Below are positions 63,492 through 64,000 of a DNA stretch of 64,000 nucleotides, in pieces. Origin of the DNA: Candidatus Deferrimicrobium sp. Its GTDB lineage: Archaea > Asgardarchaeota > Lokiarchaeia > Helarchaeales > HEL-GB-A. A program made the translations under genes and the position numbers. The number at the start of each line of letters is the position of its first letter. Position 1 is the stretch's first letter. The notes below the pieces were generated by a model. That model ran no database searches. It was given only the letters and a program-made list of their open reading frames with translations, and was not told where the DNA came from. The DNA lies in contig DATKTP010000204.1 in the NCBI GenBank assembly GCA_035531115.1, forward strand, positions 4,155 to 68,154. The letters run 5' to 3'.

Positions 63492-63563
63492 ATAAACTGA
63501 AATTTATTGGCATTTAAACCGCGTTAATAGGTTTAATGAAAATTTAAATAAACTGAAATTTAT
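63492..63563. repeat. two exact copies of ATAAACTGAAATTTAT, 56 nt apart
   Basis: 63492-63507 and 63548-63563 are identical 16-mers with palindromic ends (ATAAA...TTTAT). They lie in the ~480-nt AT-rich intergenic region upstream of the RHH gene. Confidence 0.5.
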
Positions 63564-63771
63564 GGAAAGAATTTCTAGTAATCTTTTTTTTTATTCTCCC
63601 TATATATGAATAGAAACTATGGATAATCAAGAAGTAGAAAATATGTTTTTTTACTCTATATTTTAAAAAAAGAAATCGACGAAAATATCAAGGGTATCTT
63701 TTAAAAAGGCAAAGTTATAGTGAATGTAAAATTATTCCTTATAGAAAATTAACAGGGGTGGATTTCATACA

Positions 63772-63981
63772 ATGAAAACCATATCCGTAAATGTCCCCGA
63801 AACTTTCGTCAAAGGGCTTGAAGATCTCGTACAAAAAGGTATGTATGCAAATAGAAGCGAGGCTATTCGAGTTGCCATCCGCGATCTTTTAAAACGCGAG
63901 TTATATGAAACCGAGGTTTCATATAATTCGGTTAGAGATAAAAACGAAAAATATGTTAAAGAAGAAATTGTCACAATTTAA
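63772..63981 (+). CDS. ribbon-helix-helix (CopG/Arc/MetJ-family) DNA-binding protein
   Basis: 69 aa. 'ISVNVPETFVKGLEDLVQKGMYANRSEAIRVAIRDLLKRE' is a textbook RHH. The antisense track ORF 63765-63974 is rejected. Confidence 0.8.
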   Translation: MKTISVNVPETFVKGLEDLVQKGMYANRSEAIRVAIRDLLKRELYETEVSYNSVRDKNEKYVKEEIVTI

Positions 63982-64000
63982 ATGATAGACGGTAAATTCT

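Noticed and set aside
1-64000. Search for CRISPR arrays, transposases, integrases, rRNA genes and prophage-like blocks
   Set aside because: I noticed no regularly spaced direct repeats, no DDE/tyrosine/serine recombinase motifs and no rRNA-like conserved stretches. The only repeats found are the 105-nt duplicated gene end and the 16-nt pair reported above.

Overview
Visibly AT-rich, gene-dense archaeal chromosomal segment with about 60 protein genes, 3 tRNAs and an RNase P RNA. Housekeeping genes include a divergent EF-2-type GTPase, ValRS, Tsr3, a circularly permuted ribosome-biogenesis GTPase, a MutY-like glycosylase, a thiolase and a tungsten-type aldehyde:ferredoxin oxidoreductase. One tRNA is an A1:U72 initiator tRNA carrying two introns. 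These are interleaved with many eukaryote-signature-type proteins. The main ones are a tandem pair of Rag/Gtr-like GTPases (HKxD G4 motif, C-terminal roadblock-like domain) in a four-gene operon, and an adjacent UFM1-like/UFC1-like pair at the left edge. Others are several roadblock/longin-like domains (standalone, 7TM-anchored, V4R-fused), a profilin-like domain fused to an LCMT-type methyltransferase, and a GH63-like hydrolase. I infer, but cannot prove from one window, an Asgard (Lokiarchaeia-like) genome. Positions 3.3-12.3 kb look like an accessory island. It holds three PD-(D/E)xK-nuclease-like proteins and an uncharacterised operon of an Orc1/Cdc6-like AAA+-wHTH protein, an unknown protein and a 601-aa nuclease-containing protein, a candidate novel defence or DNA-processing system. 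Other oddities: two conserved-domain genes whose conserved N-termini lie upstream of any ATG/GTG/TTG; a flavodoxin-like gene with an in-frame TAA; RNase P RNA overlapping the 5' end of a track ORF; a ~105-nt direct repeat (a duplicated gene 3' end) bracketing a single gene; and a TGT/DpdA-like enzyme beside tRNA genes. I saw no CRISPR array, transposase or integrase. All family assignments come from motif recognition by eye and memory, not database searches.
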